From Bacillota bacterium (lineage in GTDB: Bacteria; Bacillota; Clostridia; Christensenellales; Aristaeellaceae), in contig JAEZRP010000006.1 in the NCBI GenBank assembly GCA_023444095.1, positions 1-64,000 on the forward strand: a stretch of DNA of 64,000 nucleotides, written 5' to 3'. The notes beneath the pieces are model-generated. The model did not search any database. It was not told the origin of the DNA and saw only the letters and a program-made list of their open reading frames with translations. The translations under genes were made by a program, and so were the position numbers. Of the stretch, positions 1 to 11,036 are shown one piece after another. How positions within the stretch are numbered: the first letter of the stretch is position 1; every line of letters begins with the position of its first letter.

Positions 1-341
1 AGCTGGATCACCGGGATCGACAGCTCGGTCGCCAGCTCGAGCGCCTTTTGCATGATCTCAAGGCCGCGGCGCTCGGTCGCCGGATCGGCGCTGCCCAGCG
101 GGTATTTGCGATGGGCGCTCAGACAAATGCTCGAAAAGGGCAGGCCCGCTTCGCGCGCCTTGTCACGTAAGGCCCTGCGCTCCGCCGCGGACCAGTCGAG
201 CCGGGCGAGGCGCTCGTCGGTCTCGTCCACGCTCAGCTCCATCGCGTCAAACCCGGCCAGCTTCGCCGCTTCCAGCCGCCTATCCCAGTCCAGATCGGCG
301 GGCACCGCCTTTTCGTAAAGTCCCAGTTGGTATTGCTTCAT
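1..341 (-). CDS. ulaE: L-ribulose-5-phosphate 3-epimerase (UlaE/SgbU family, sugar-phosphate TIM barrel); only the N-terminal ~113 aa are in the window, the rest runs past the window start
   Basis: The reverse-complement translation starts at the ATG at 339-341 and gives MKQYQLGLYEKAVPADLDWDRRLEAAKLAGFDAMELSVDETDERLARLDWS...CLSAHRKYPLGS...EIMQKALELA, which is near-collinear with the E. coli UlaE N-terminus. An RBS (gtggagg) sits 8 nt upstream. It is missing from the ORF track because it is truncated at the window edge. Confidence 0.85.
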   Translation of the reverse strand, partial: MKQYQLGLYEKAVPADLDWDRRLEAAKLAGFDAMELSVDETDERLARLDWSAAERRALRDKAREAGLPFSSICLSAHRKYPLGSADPATERRGLEIMQKALELATELSIPVIQ

Positions 342-365
342 ATGCCCTGCCTCCACTATGCAAAT

Positions 366-388
366 GGGGGTCGCCGTAAGGCGACCCA
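366..388 (-). terminator. GC-rich hairpin downstream of rnpB (putative terminator, weak U-tract)
   Basis: An inverted repeat gggtcgccTTACggcgaccc on the minus strand is followed by ATTTG. Confidence 0.35.
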
Positions 389-737
389 ATAAAGATGGTG
401 AGTGCTGTCTATAAGCCGAGTTCTGTCGCGGACGACCATCTATCTAGGCCCGCGGTTGCCAGCGGGCTCCAGCGATTACCCGGGAGCGTGACGGGCCGCC
501 ACACAATGCTCCCCTATCAATCTTGCACCAGGTGGGGTTTACAGAGCGGACAAGTCGCCAAGCCGCTGGTGAGCTCTTACCTCACCTTTCCACCATCGCA
601 CGCTTTCGCGGGCAGTCTATTTCTGTTGCACTTTCCTTGGAGTCGCCTCCACCGGCAGTTAACCGGCACCCTGCCCTTCGGAGCTCGGACTTTCCTCAGA
701 CGGTCAAGCCGCCTGCGACCGTCCGACATGCTCAGAC
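380..737 (-). ncRNA. rnpB: RNase P RNA (bacterial type A-like), rnpB; ends approximate to +/-20 nt
   Basis: The minus strand carries the universal P4 motif GAGGAAAGTCCGAGCTCC, preceded by a perfect 7-bp P3-like hairpin (GACGGTC...GACCGTC). Near the 3' end it carries ACAGAACTCGGCTTATA, the conserved ACAGAAnnCGGCTTA. Length is ~360 nt and there is no protein-like ORF. Confidence 0.85.
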
Positions 738-743
738 CAAATG

Positions 744-772
744 ATTATACCACACCCGGTCAGTCTTCGCAA
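744..772 (-). promoter_or_regulatory. Sigma-70-type promoter for rnpB (-35 TTGCGA, 17-nt spacer, -10 TATAAT)
   Basis: The minus-strand sequence TTGCGAagactgaccgggtgtggTATAAT lies immediately upstream of the RNase P RNA 5' region. Confidence 0.5.
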
Positions 773-1467
773 TAGAGAATCCTTCCACAGTTGTCGCACT
801 CGATCAGCTTGTCGGTCTCCCGGATGAGGCGCAACGTCGCCGACGGAAGCTGCATGAAGCAGCCGCAGCACTGGCCGTCCGAGAGCCGCGCCATGGGCGG
901 CGTGGAATGCTGCTTGATCGCCTTGTAGCGCTCAAGGAGCAGCGGATCGACCTTCTTCGCCTCGCGCTCGATGTTCGCACGCATCTGGGTGAGCTTTGCG
1001 GTGTCGTCCTTGAACTCGCGGTCGTAGATCTCGCGAATCTGGTCGTACTCCATCTTCGCCTTCGCTGCGCGCACGCGGATCTCCTTCTGCTGGGAATCGC
1101 GCGTGTCGGCGTCCTTGCGCATCTTCTGGAGCTCCTGCTCGTAGCGGACAAGCGAGTCGGCCAGCTTCTGCATGGCGTCGATCTTGCGCGCGGCGTCGTC
1201 TGCGCCCGCTGGCGGGTTTTTGTCAATCTCCTCGAGCATGGCGGAGAGAACGCCGCTCAGCCGGTCCGCCTCGTCACGCACGGCCTCAAGCCTGTCCTGC
1301 ATCACGGCGATTTCCTGCTCGATCTTCTTCATGTTGTTTTGCTGTTCCAGCAAAAAATTGCGGTGCTTAATGAGCGTCTGGCGGTTCTCCGACTTGCGCA
1401 TTTCCGCCTCGAAGTTGTCTGCCGCAATGTCCACCTGCATAAAGTCCCAAAGTGATTTTAGCTGCAC
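760..1467 (-). CDS. Zinc-ribbon/coiled-coil protein, COG1579 (DUF164) family
   Basis: A 235-aa protein, coiled-coil rich, with a C-terminal CxxC...CxxC zinc ribbon (QCCGCF...CDNCGRILY). It sits in the conserved position next to nif3. Confidence 0.75.
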   Translation of the reverse strand: MQLKSLWDFMQVDIAADNFEAEMRKSENRQTLIKHRNFLLEQQNNMKKIEQEIAVMQDRLEAVRDEADRLSGVLSAMLEEIDKNPPAGADDAARKIDAMQKLADSLVRYEQELQKMRKDADTRDSQQKEIRVRAAKAKMEYDQIREIYDREFKDDTAKLTQMRANIEREAKKVDPLLLERYKAIKQHSTPPMARLSDGQCCGCFMQLPSATLRLIRETDKLIECDNCGRILYCED

Positions 1468-1482
1468 GTTTATCCCTCCATA

Positions 1483-2229
1483 TTACAAGAACGGTTCGAT
1501 GGCGCTCTCTGTGATTTCGATGTCGAGGCCGGTCGATCTCAGGATTCCGGCCATGTGGCGGACGGCGGGCCATTCGGTCGCGGCGTGTCCCGCCTCGAGC
1601 ACGCACATGCCCCCGTCGAGCGCGGAAAGCGCCCTGTGGTAGCCGATCTCGCCCGTCACGAACGCGTCCGCGCCCGCACGTTGAGCGATCTCCGCGCTGT
1701 CGCCGCCCGCGCCGCCCAGGACGGCGATCCGGGAGACGATGGTTTCCGGCCTTCCGTAGCGCCGCACGACCCCGCCGAGCCTCTCCCCCACGCGATCCGC
1801 GAAGGCATAAAGGGGCGTCGGCTGGACAAAGCCGATCCGGACGCCGCCCGCGAGGGGCAGCGCGCCCGATATCCCGAGCGCGTCCGCGAGCGCGTCGTTC
1901 ACTCCGCTTCCCGCGGCGTCGTAGTTTGTGTGCATGGCGGCGAGACTCTTTCGCTCCCGAACGAGCAGCGCGAGGAGTCTCCCCTCCGCGTCGTCCTCCG
2001 CAAGATTCCTGCGCGCGTGAAACAGGATGGGGTGATGGGTCACGATGAGCTCCGCGCCTTTTTCGACCGCCTCGTCCAGAACGGCCTCGGTCAGATCGAG
2101 CGCGACGAGAACGCGGTTGACCACGCTTTCCCCGCTGCCCGCGAGCAGGCCCACGTTGTCGTAGTCCTCCGCAAGGGAGGCGGGCATGCGCTCCTCAAGC
2201 GCCGCGCATATGTACTTCACCCGGACCAT
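1483..2229 (-). CDS. Nif3-family dinuclear metal-centre protein (YqfO-like)
   Basis: A 248-aa protein with N-terminal ...YDNVGLL and the ...VTHHP motif typical of Nif3/NGG1p-interacting factor 3. Confidence 0.8.
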   Translation of the reverse strand: MVRVKYICAALEERMPASLAEDYDNVGLLAGSGESVVNRVLVALDLTEAVLDEAVEKGAELIVTHHPILFHARRNLAEDDAEGRLLALLVRERKSLAAMHTNYDAAGSGVNDALADALGISGALPLAGGVRIGFVQPTPLYAFADRVGERLGGVVRRYGRPETIVSRIAVLGGAGGDSAEIAQRAGADAFVTGEIGYHRALSALDGGMCVLEAGHAATEWPAVRHMAGILRSTGLDIEITESAIEPFL

Positions 2230-2899
2230 CGTGCAACCTCCTCCCAGATCAAAAGTTCCCGCCGCATGGCGGTGTCGTCCGCGCCTCCCGCGGCCATGCC
2301 GAAGAGCGCCTTCTTGGCCACGCGGACCTTGTATTTGGCGTAGTCGGCAAGTTCTGCGGGGCGGCGCAAAAGAATCACGGGCCCGACCAGAAGCTGCGCC
2401 TCGTCGTAGCTTGCCCTCCCCCGCTCTGCGGCAATCACCGGATAAAGCCGATGTCCGTCGCGCACGATCCGCTCATCCGCAATACAAAAACCATGTTCCG
2501 CGAGCGCCTCGCGCAGCTCCCGCACGGCGACATTCGGCTGGAGCACCAGCCGCGCGCCCCCGAGCGTTTCGGCCCCGCGCGCGACGATGCCCGCGATCGT
2601 CAAACCGCCCATGCCCGCGATCACGCAGGCATCCGGCTTTTCCGGCAGCGCCGCCGCGCCGTCGCCGGCGTGGAAGCTCGCGCGCGCGGAAAGTCCGAGC
2701 GTCGAAATGAGGCGCCGCGCCTTCTCGAGCGACGCCCCGGAGATGTCGGAAAACAGGACGCGTTCGCAGCGCCCCGTCTGCAGCATGTACGCGCCAAGCC
2801 TGCCGTGGTCGCAGCCGATGTCAGCGAGCACGCGGCATTCCCCGCACATCTCGCTCAGGGCGGAAAGGCGGGGATCGACGTTGATCGAGCCGCGCGGCA

Positions 2900-2900
<1 letters not shown>
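2217..2900 (-). CDS. trmK: tRNA (adenine22-N1)-methyltransferase TrmK (YqfN-like class I SAM MTase)
   Basis: A 227-aa protein with LADIGCDHG (SAM-binding); it lies in conserved synteny between nif3 and sigA. Confidence 0.75.
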
Positions 2901-3988
<1,088 letters not shown>

Positions 3989-4011
3989 ATGGGGCCACTC
4001 CTTTCGACCGG

Positions 4012-5724
4012 TCAATTGCGCGCTTTCCCAATGAGCATTTCGTAGCGCGCTATCAGTTCCTTCTTTTGTTCGTCATCGGCTATCTTGATCTGCTCAAGAA
4101 GCTTCGTAATTTGTCGTTTGGTGCGCGATTCCCGTATCGCGGCGAGAAGCTCCTGCGCCATTGCAAGCGGATCTTTCAGATCCTCGAGCTCATGATCCGC
4201 ATTGATGTCCGCCAGGAATTGCGTGCGCTCGTCGTCCCCGAGATTGGCGATAAACGAAGCAATGTTGTTTCCTTCGATCATCCACTGCGCCGCGCGCGCG
4301 TTGACGGAAGCGTCGAAGTCGTCCGGCGCGACGGTTTCAGGCGGAATCAGGCCCTTCGCGATCAGCGCGAGGAGCGTCCCTTCCGCGCGCGCGGCCTTCA
4401 GAGGATTCCGCTCGCGGCGCGCGCGGGGAGCAAGCTCCCTTTGCGGCGTTGCCGCACCGACCTGCCGGGCGAGGATGTCCCGGTCGTAACCGGTTTCGTT
4501 TGCGAGCTTGCGCAGATGGTTCTCCGCCTCCACAGGATTTTTGACCGTCCGGATGATCCCGCAGGCGGCAAGCGCGTACCGGGTCATTCCGTCCTGGGTC
4601 GTGAGGTCGATGTCGTCCTTCGCGCGGATCATCCGGTACTCGATGCCCTCGATCTTCCTGAGATTTTCAAAGCCCGAAAGCCCGTGCGCCTTCACGAAGT
4701 CGTCCGGGTCCATGCCGCCGGGATAGTCGATCACGCGCGTCCCGAGCCCCGCCGCGTCGAGGATGTCGAGCGCGCGAAGGGCCGCCCTGCGGCCCGCGGA
4801 GTCTCCGTCATAGCTTATCCAAACCTCGCCCGCGTAACGCTTCATCAGAAGAGATTGTTCCTCCGTGAGCGCCGTTCCGAGCGTCGCGACGACGCCTTGA
4901 ACGCCGTGCTTCCTTAATGATACCACGTCCATGTACCCTTCAACCAAGACCAGATGCCCCACCTGTCGCTCGTTTTTCGCAAAATTCAACGCGTAAAGGT
5001 TGTTGCGCTTGTTGAACACCGGGGTGTCCGGGGTGTTAAGGTACTTGGGCTGGCCGTCCCCCATCGCGCGCCCGCCGAAACCGAGGACCTTCCCCTGCGG
5101 GCTGATGATCGGGAAGATCACGCGCGCGCGGAACAGATCGTACGCGCGCCCGTCGCGCAGGCCGATGAGCCCCGCCGCCTGAAGCTCTTCGCGCGAAAAG
5201 CCCATCCCTTCGAGCTCCCGCAAGAGGTCGTCCCAGCCGGACGGCGACGCGCCGAGACCGAAGCGCCTGATGTCCGCGTCCGCGAGTCCGCGACCGTAGA
5301 GATACTTGAGCGCCTGCGCGCCCTGGTCCGTCCAGAGAAGCGCGTGGAAATAGCGTGCGGCGGCGACGTTCGCCTCGTAGATCCGCTCCCGCGCGCCCGA
5401 TGTGATCCGGGGGCCGGCGGACGCGTCGTCGGGGAGATCCATGTGCGCGCGCTCGGCCAGATGCTTCACGGCGTCCGGGAACTCCATGCGCTCCACGTCC
5501 ATCACGAAATTGAACACAGTGCCGCCCTTGTGACAGCCAAAGCAATAGTAGAGCTGGCTCTCGCTGTCTACACTGAAGGACGGCGTCTTTTCGTTGTGAA
5601 ACGGACACAGACCCCAGAAGCGTTTACCCTTCTGCTTCAATCTGACGTACTCGCCGACGACTTCCTCGATGGGAACCCTCGAGCGAAGTTCTTCCAGCCA
5701 CGCGTCGGTAAACCTTCCCGCCAT
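4012..5724 (-). CDS. dnaG: DNA primase DnaG
   Basis: An N-terminal zinc ribbon ([13 protein letters not shown]...CFGCHKGG) and a TOPRIM domain are present. I placed the start at MAGRFTDAW, which has an aaaggtgaagggga RBS. Confidence 0.9.
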   Translation of the reverse strand: MAGRFTDAWLEELRSRVPIEEVVGEYVRLKQKGKRFWGLCPFHNEKTPSFSVDSESQLYYCFGCHKGGTVFNFVMDVERMEFPDAVKHLAERAHMDLPDDASAGPRITSGARERIYEANVAAARYFHALLWTDQGAQALKYLYGRGLADADIRRFGLGASPSGWDDLLRELEGMGFSREELQAAGLIGLRDGRAYDLFRARVIFPIISPQGKVLGFGGRAMGDGQPKYLNTPDTPVFNKRNNLYALNFAKNERQVGHLVLVEGYMDVVSLRKHGVQGVVATLGTALTEEQSLLMKRYAGEVWISYDGDSAGRRAALRALDILDAAGLGTRVIDYPGGMDPDDFVKAHGLSGFENLRKIEGIEYRMIRAKDDIDLTTQDGMTRYALAACGIIRTVKNPVEAENHLRKLANETGYDRDILARQVGAATPQRELAPRARRERNPLKAARAEGTLLALIAKGLIPPETVAPDDFDASVNARAAQWMIEGNNIASFIANLGDDERTQFLADINADHELEDLKDPLAMAQELLAAIRESRTKRQITKLLEQIKIADDEQKKELIARYEMLIGKARN

Positions 5725-5989
5725 CTGCTCCCCTTCACCTTTATGATGATCGTGCCGCGTTTGAGCGACAGTATATATCATTCGCCGGGGGAGACAAATT
5801 TCCTGCATGTATCGATCAAAATACAGCAATTTATCAGTCATCGTCGCGTCGTCGCGTACCAATTATTCCCCGCACCCATGGTATATACCACGTGCCCGGT
5901 GCGAAACCTTTGTTTGTCGCGTTTTTTAACAAAATATAAACTGATTAATTCAAAACGGCAAACAATTTTCGCATTTTTGGCGCAAGCTG

Positions 5990-6017
5990 TTGATTTCGTC
6001 CGCATCCATGCTATAAT
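5990..6017 (+). promoter_or_regulatory. Sigma-70-type promoter (-35 TTGATT, 16-nt spacer, -10 TATAAT)
   Basis: TTGATTtcgtccgcatccatgcTATAAT lies ~35 nt upstream of the 6051 ATG. Confidence 0.5.
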
Positions 6018-6050
6018 CTACTTATTCTTTTGGAACGGCGAGGAGACGCG

Positions 6051-6695
6051 ATGAATTTTCATCCTGAATACGTTTACGTCATGTTCTCGGCAACCGACTG
6101 CTCGGTCGGCCGATTCATCCGCAAAATGACCCGGAGCAAATATAACCACGTCTCAGTCAGCTTCGACCCGGACATGCAGAGCCTCTATTCCTTCGCGCGC
6201 TACCACCAGTCCGCGCCATTCTATGCGGGCTTCGTCGAGGAATCGCTCATGCGCTACCAACTTTCGGGTCGGCAGGCTACCGTCAAGGTATGCAGGATCC
6301 GGCTTTCCGATCAACAGGCCGGTGCGCTTACGCGCGCGGTGGACGAGGTGCAGGCCTCCTCGGGCGAATACATCTACAACTACCTTTCGGCGCTCACCTT
6401 TCTGGCCCACAGGCGCTTTGATGTGCCGAGGGCCTTCACCTGCGTGGATTTCGCCGTGTGGCTCCTCTCCCGCGCGGGGATCCATGAGGTTCCGGACGCG
6501 TTTTTCACCATCGCGGACCTCGAGGCGGCGCTTCAGAAATACGTCATCTTTGAAGGCGAGAGCCAGTTCTACGCGGACGCGTTGACGTGGGGAAACGACG
6601 CGTACGCGGATCACCTCACCCGCAGGGGATACGTCAAGGGAACCGCCTCGATCCTCGGGAAGCTCTTCTACCGGACGGTCGCGCGCATGCTGTAA
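6051..6695 (+). CDS. Permuted papain-fold (YiiX/YaeF-like, NlpC/P60 superfamily) putative amidase/hydrolase
   Basis: A 214-aa protein. FSATDCSVGRFIRKMTRSKYNHVSVSF resembles the YiiX S/T-rich strand preceding the catalytic His. A later Cys sits in FTCVDFAVWLL. The start is set at the ATG with an aggaga RBS. Confidence 0.45.
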   Translation: MNFHPEYVYVMFSATDCSVGRFIRKMTRSKYNHVSVSFDPDMQSLYSFARYHQSAPFYAGFVEESLMRYQLSGRQATVKVCRIRLSDQQAGALTRAVDEVQASSGEYIYNYLSALTFLAHRRFDVPRAFTCVDFAVWLLSRAGIHEVPDAFFTIADLEAALQKYVIFEGESQFYADALTWGNDAYADHLTRRGYVKGTASILGKLFYRTVARML

Positions 6696-6697
6696 TA

Positions 6698-6727
6698 TTG
6701 ACACGACAGTTAAATATATGCTATAAT
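6698..6727 (+). promoter_or_regulatory. Near-consensus sigma-70 promoter (-35 TTGACA, 18-nt spacer, -10 TATAAT)
   Basis: TTGACAcgacagttaaatatatgcTATAAT lies 28 nt upstream of the 6756 start. The RBS is aagggtggagg. Confidence 0.65.
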
Positions 6728-6755
6728 TCCGTAGATCAAAGGGTGGAGGCGCAGC

Positions 6756-7859
6756 ATGGTCTACAATGAAATCAAGCATATATTGCCTTATTTTTCGTTC
6801 AAGGGGCGATACGTCGACGGCGTCGAGCTCACCAGCGGCAACATCAACAACACCTATCGGCTCGCTTACGACCTGGGCGGCGAGATGGAGTTCTACACGC
6901 TTCAGCACATCAATAAATATGTATTTAAAAAGCCTCACGACGTGATGAGCAATATCGAGCGCGTGACGGGGCATCTTTCGCGCGCGTACGAGCGGCAGGA
7001 AATCGATCCCGCCCGCCACGTTCTGACGCTGATCCCCGTGCGCGAGGGCGGGTATCTTCATCAGGACATGGAGGGCAACTACTGGCGCGCGTACCGCTAC
7101 ATCACGGGTACCACGGCATACGACGCGCCGAAAAAGGCCGGCCACCTTTTTGAAACGGGACGGGCGTTTGGGGAATTCCAGAAGCTTTTGTGCGATTTCC
7201 CGGTAGACATGCTTCACGACACCATCCCGGACTTCCACAACACGCAGCGGCGCTTCTTCTCGTTCGTGGCGTCCGTGTCAGCCGACAAGGCCGACCGCGT
7301 GGGCAAGGTAGACGACGAGATCGAGTTCATGTTCGAGCACAGGCGGCTCATGAACATGATCGTGAAAAAGCTGCAGGCCGGGCTCTATCCCCTGCGCGTC
7401 ACGCATAACGACACGAAGATCAACAACGTCCTGATCGACGACGATTCGGACAAGGCCGTATGCGTGATCGACCTCGACACCGTCATGCCCGGTTCCTCCC
7501 TCTACGACTACGGCGACGCCATCCGCTTCTGCGCCTCCACCGCTGCCGAGGACGAGGAGGACACATCGAAAATTTCCCTCGATATGGATAGGTTCCGCCT
7601 TTTCACCGAGGGCTTTTTGAGCGAGGTCAACGGTTTTCTGACCGAGGATGAGGTGCAGGACCTTCCGCTCGGCGCGCTCGTCATTACCTGCGAGCTGGCG
7701 ATGCGGTTCCTGACGGACTACATCGACGGCGATCTGTACTTCAAGGTGCGCTCACCGGAGCACAACCTGGTGCGCGCGCGGGCGCAGATCGCGCTTCTCA
7801 AGGATATGGAAAAAAAGCGCGGCGAGATGCAGCGGATCGTGGACGATTTTATCAGATAA
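6756..7859 (+). CDS. Anomeric sugar kinase of the APH-fold phosphotransferase family (N-acetylhexosamine 1-kinase NahK / AmgK-like), paralog 1
   Basis: A 367-aa protein with RVTHNDTKINNVLIDDD...CVIDLDTVMPGSSLYDYGDAIRF, the HxD...DxD catalytic and Mg-binding block of NahK/AmgK-type kinases. Confidence 0.7.
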   Translation: MVYNEIKHILPYFSFKGRYVDGVELTSGNINNTYRLAYDLGGEMEFYTLQHINKYVFKKPHDVMSNIERVTGHLSRAYERQEIDPARHVLTLIPVREGGYLHQDMEGNYWRAYRYITGTTAYDAPKKAGHLFETGRAFGEFQKLLCDFPVDMLHDTIPDFHNTQRRFFSFVASVSADKADRVGKVDDEIEFMFEHRRLMNMIVKKLQAGLYPLRVTHNDTKINNVLIDDDSDKAVCVIDLDTVMPGSSLYDYGDAIRFCASTAAEDEEDTSKISLDMDRFRLFTEGFLSEVNGFLTEDEVQDLPLGALVITCELAMRFLTDYIDGDLYFKVRSPEHNLVRARAQIALLKDMEKKRGEMQRIVDDFIR

Positions 7860-7875
7860 AAAAGGAGGCGGTCGG

Positions 7876-10134
7876 ATGGATGTGAAGGCCATCGTCAGCC
7901 AGATGACCCTGGAAGAGAAGGCGGGCATGTGCTCGGGCTCCGACATGTGGCGCCTGAAGGGCGTGGAGAGGCTCGGGATTCCCTCCGTCATGGTGACGGA
8001 CGGCCCGCACGGCCTGCGCAAGCAGTCGGGCGCGTCCGATCACCTTGGGATCAACGATTCGGTCGTCGCGGTGTGCTTCCCCACCGCCGCGTCCCTGGCG
8101 TCGACGTTTGACCGCGCACTGGTACGAAAGGTCGGCGAGGCGCTTGGCGACGCGTGCCAGGCGGAGGACGTCGCGGTGATCCTCGGCCCCGGCGCGAACA
8201 TCAAGAGAAGCCCGCTGTGCGGAAGGAACTTCGAATACTTCAGCGAGGACCCGTACCTGACGGGCGAGATGGCGAAGGCGCACATATCGGGCGTCCAATC
8301 GAAGAACGTCGGGACGAGCCTCAAACACTTCGCGGTCAACAATCAGGAGACCCGGCGCATGACGGTGGACGCGCGCCTCGACGAGCGGACGCTCCGGGAA
8401 ATCTATCTCGCGGGCTTCGAAAAGGCCGTCGTCGAGGCGAAGCCCTGGACGGTCATGTGCTCCTACAACAAGATCAACGGAACCTACGGCTGCGAGAACC
8501 CGCACACGCTCACGGAGATTCTGCGCGACGCGTGGGGCTTTGAAGGCTATGTCATGACCGATTGGGGCGCGATGAACGACAAGATCGCCTCCATTCAGGC
8601 GGGCCTCGAGCTGCAGATGCCGGGCGGAAACGCGTCGGTCGACCGGAAGCTGGCGGACGCCGTCCGGAGCGGCGAACTCGACGAGGCGATTCTCGACCGC
8701 GCATGCGAAACGATTCTCTCCATCACCATGCGCTACGCTGAGAACCGCAGGCCCGATACGAAGTTCGACCATGCGGCGCACCACGCGCTCGCGCGCAAGG
8801 TTGAGGCCGAAGGCTGCGTGCTCCTCAAAAACAGCGGCGCACTGCCTCTCTGTTATAACGCGAAGGTCGCGCTCATCGGAAAGTTTGCCGCCGAGCCCGT
8901 CTTCCAGGGCGGCGGCAGCTCGCACATCAATCCGTGGAAGGTGGAAACCGCGCTCGACGCATTCAAGGAGTTTGGCGGCCAGGTAACCTACGCGCAGGGT
9001 TATAGGACCGAAAAGGAAGAGGCCGATCTGGCGCTCCTCGACGAGGCGGCAAAGGCGGCTGCCGCGGCGGATATCGCGATCGTATTTGCCGGGATGCCAG
9101 CGGGCTTTGAGAGCGAGGGCTACGACCGAAAGCACCTGAACCTGCCGGCGTGCCAGGACCAGCTCATTTCCATCGTCGCGGACGTTCAGCCGAACACGGT
9201 CGTCGTGCTCCACAACTCGTCTGCCGTCGCGATGCCGTGGCTCCGGAAGGTCTCCGCGGTGATCGAAGCGTACCTCGGCGGCGAGGCGGTCGGCGGCGCG
9301 ATCTACGACGTTGTGACCGGAAGCGTCAATCCCTCCGGTAAGCTTGCGGAAACCTTCCCGAACCGGATCGAGGACACGCCCGCTTTCCTCAACTTCCCGG
9401 GCTACGACGACGTCGTCGAGTATCGCGAGGGCATCTATGTCGGCTACCGCTATTACGACGCGAAGAAGATGGACGTTCTGTTTCCCTTCGGCCACGGCCT
9501 GAGCTACACGACGTTCGCATATTCCAATCTTACGATCGACAGAGCCGAAATGACGGACGAGGAGGAAGCGACCGTCCGCTGCGAAATCACCAACACCGGC
9601 AAGGTGTTCGGTCAGGAGGTCGCGCAGCTCTACGTAACCCGAAAGACAGGCGGCGTGCCGCGCGCGGTGCGCGAGCTGAAGGGCTTTCAGAAGGTTGCGC
9701 TCGATCCAGGGGAGACGAAGGCGGTCTCGTTTACACTCGGAAGGCGCGCCTTCGCCTACTTTAACGCGGAGATGAACGACTGGTGCGTCGAGGAAGGCGT
9801 ATATGGCGTCGAGATCGGCGCTTCATCGCGCGCAATCAGACTCGAGATCGAATTGAAAGTTCGCCCCGTGAAGCCGCACTACAGGCCCTTCACGCTCAAC
9901 AGCACGCTCGGAGATCTCATGAAAAACCCGGTCGCCGCGCCCGTCGTCGAGGTGCTTCTGAAGGCCGCCTTCCCCATGCCCGAGGATGGCGCACCCGTGC
10001 TCGGCATGGAGGGCGGGCTCCTCGAGATGCTCGGCAGCGCGCCCCTGCGCGCCATGGTCGGCTTCTCGCAGGGCGCATTCTCTGAGGAGCAGGCGCAGGC
10101 GATGCTCGACGGGATCAATGCGGGACTGGGGTAG
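7876..10134 (+). CDS. Glycoside hydrolase family 3 beta-glucosidase-like (BglX type, with C-terminal FnIII-like domain)
   Basis: A 752-aa protein. The GH3 N-domain (...SLKHFAVNNQETRR..., MTDWGA) and the alpha/beta C-domain are recognisable. The RBS is aaaggagg. Confidence 0.85.
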   Translation: MDVKAIVSQMTLEEKAGMCSGSDMWRLKGVERLGIPSVMVTDGPHGLRKQSGASDHLGINDSVVAVCFPTAASLASTFDRALVRKVGEALGDACQAEDVAVILGPGANIKRSPLCGRNFEYFSEDPYLTGEMAKAHISGVQSKNVGTSLKHFAVNNQETRRMTVDARLDERTLREIYLAGFEKAVVEAKPWTVMCSYNKINGTYGCENPHTLTEILRDAWGFEGYVMTDWGAMNDKIASIQAGLELQMPGGNASVDRKLADAVRSGELDEAILDRACETILSITMRYAENRRPDTKFDHAAHHALARKVEAEGCVLLKNSGALPLCYNAKVALIGKFAAEPVFQGGGSSHINPWKVETALDAFKEFGGQVTYAQGYRTEKEEADLALLDEAAKAAAAADIAIVFAGMPAGFESEGYDRKHLNLPACQDQLISIVADVQPNTVVVLHNSSAVAMPWLRKVSAVIEAYLGGEAVGGAIYDVVTGSVNPSGKLAETFPNRIEDTPAFLNFPGYDDVVEYREGIYVGYRYYDAKKMDVLFPFGHGLSYTTFAYSNLTIDRAEMTDEEEATVRCEITNTGKVFGQEVAQLYVTRKTGGVPRAVRELKGFQKVALDPGETKAVSFTLGRRAFAYFNAEMNDWCVEEGVYGVEIGASSRAIRLEIELKVRPVKPHYRPFTLNSTLGDLMKNPVAAPVVEVLLKAAFPMPEDGAPVLGMEGGLLEMLGSAPLRAMVGFSQGAFSEEQAQAMLDGINAGLG

Positions 10135-10246
10135 GAACGGGAGAAGGCCGGGGGAACGAAGGAACGCCGGACTCCACCCTCCGGGCCTCCCCCGCGAGGG
10201 ATATTGACCCATGAAAATCCCACATGAGAGTATAATAGGCTTACAT

Positions 10247-10288
10247 GGCGATGCCCCGGGAGATCAAACCCCGGGGCATCGCTTTTAC
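10247..10288 (+). terminator. Rho-independent terminator after the GH3 gene (possibly bidirectional)
   Basis: A 13-bp perfect stem ggcgatgccccggg / cccggggcatcgc is followed by TTTTACAC. Confidence 0.55.
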
Positions 10289-10317
10289 ACTGAGCGCATG
10301 GAAAGGAACCGAGCGCC

Positions 10318-11024
10318 TTATCTTCTTATCTCCGCGAGCAGCGCGCGAAAAGGCTTGATCGAGTATTCGTCCATGCCGAGCGTCTTTTCCGGGTGCCATT
10401 GGAGGCAGACGACGAATGGATCGCCCGCATACTCGAGCGCCTCGACGGCGCCGTCGCGGGCGCGCGCGGAGATGACGAGACCGGGCGCGACGCGGTCGGC
10501 GGACTGATGATGATAACTGTTGGTGCGGATGGAGGTCGCACCGAAGATCGTCGCCGTGCGCGAACCGGGGACGATGTCCACGTCGTGCGTGAACGGCGGA
10601 TCGTCCTTCTGCTGCTGATGATCGGTTCCGTAGACCTTCGGCACATGCTGGATGAGCGTGCCACCTAGCGCGACATTGACGACCTGGAGTCCGCGGCAGA
10701 TGCCGAGGATCGGCTTTTTGCGCGCGAACATCGCCTTCACGAGCGGGATTTCGAGCGCGTCGCGGTCCGGGAGCACGGGACCGAGCTCGGGCCACGGCAG
10801 CTCGCCGTAATTCTCCGGTGCCACGTCCTTTCCGCCGGTGAACACCATGCCATCCAGCTCATCCGCGAGCGCCTCGACGGCGTCGAGCGGAAAATCCACA
10901 TAATCGATGTATCTGGGCTCTCCGCCCGCCTCACGGACGCCGTCTAAGTAACCCTCCGGCACATACCTGCCGCTTCCGTCCGCGCGCTCGTAGGGGATGA
11001 CCCCAATGACCGGTCTTTTCATGT
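10318..11024 (-). CDS. Class-I glutamine amidotransferase-like / peptidase C26 (gamma-glutamyl-GABA hydrolase family)
   Basis: A 235-aa protein with ...ILGICRGLQVVNVALGG...CLQWHPE (Cys-His catalytic pair). The start is at MKRPVIGV with a gagggtgg RBS. Confidence 0.7.
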
Positions 11025-11036
11025 CCGCATCCACCC

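Noticed and set aside
52-318. Plus-strand 88-aa ORF at the window start
   Set aside because: It is antisense to a clearly homologous UlaE/SgbU epimerase N-terminus on the minus strand, has Arg/Ser/Ala-rich composition typical of wrong-frame high-GC ORFs, and has no RBS.
395-775. Plus-strand ORFs 395..775 and 523..744
   Set aside because: They lie on top of the RNase P RNA gene (conserved P4/ACAGAA motifs on the minus strand), so they are not coding.
7852-9495. 547-aa minus-strand ORF (and 6153..7238)
   Set aside because: They are antisense to the GH3 and NahK-like genes, which have clear family motifs and RBSs on the plus strand.
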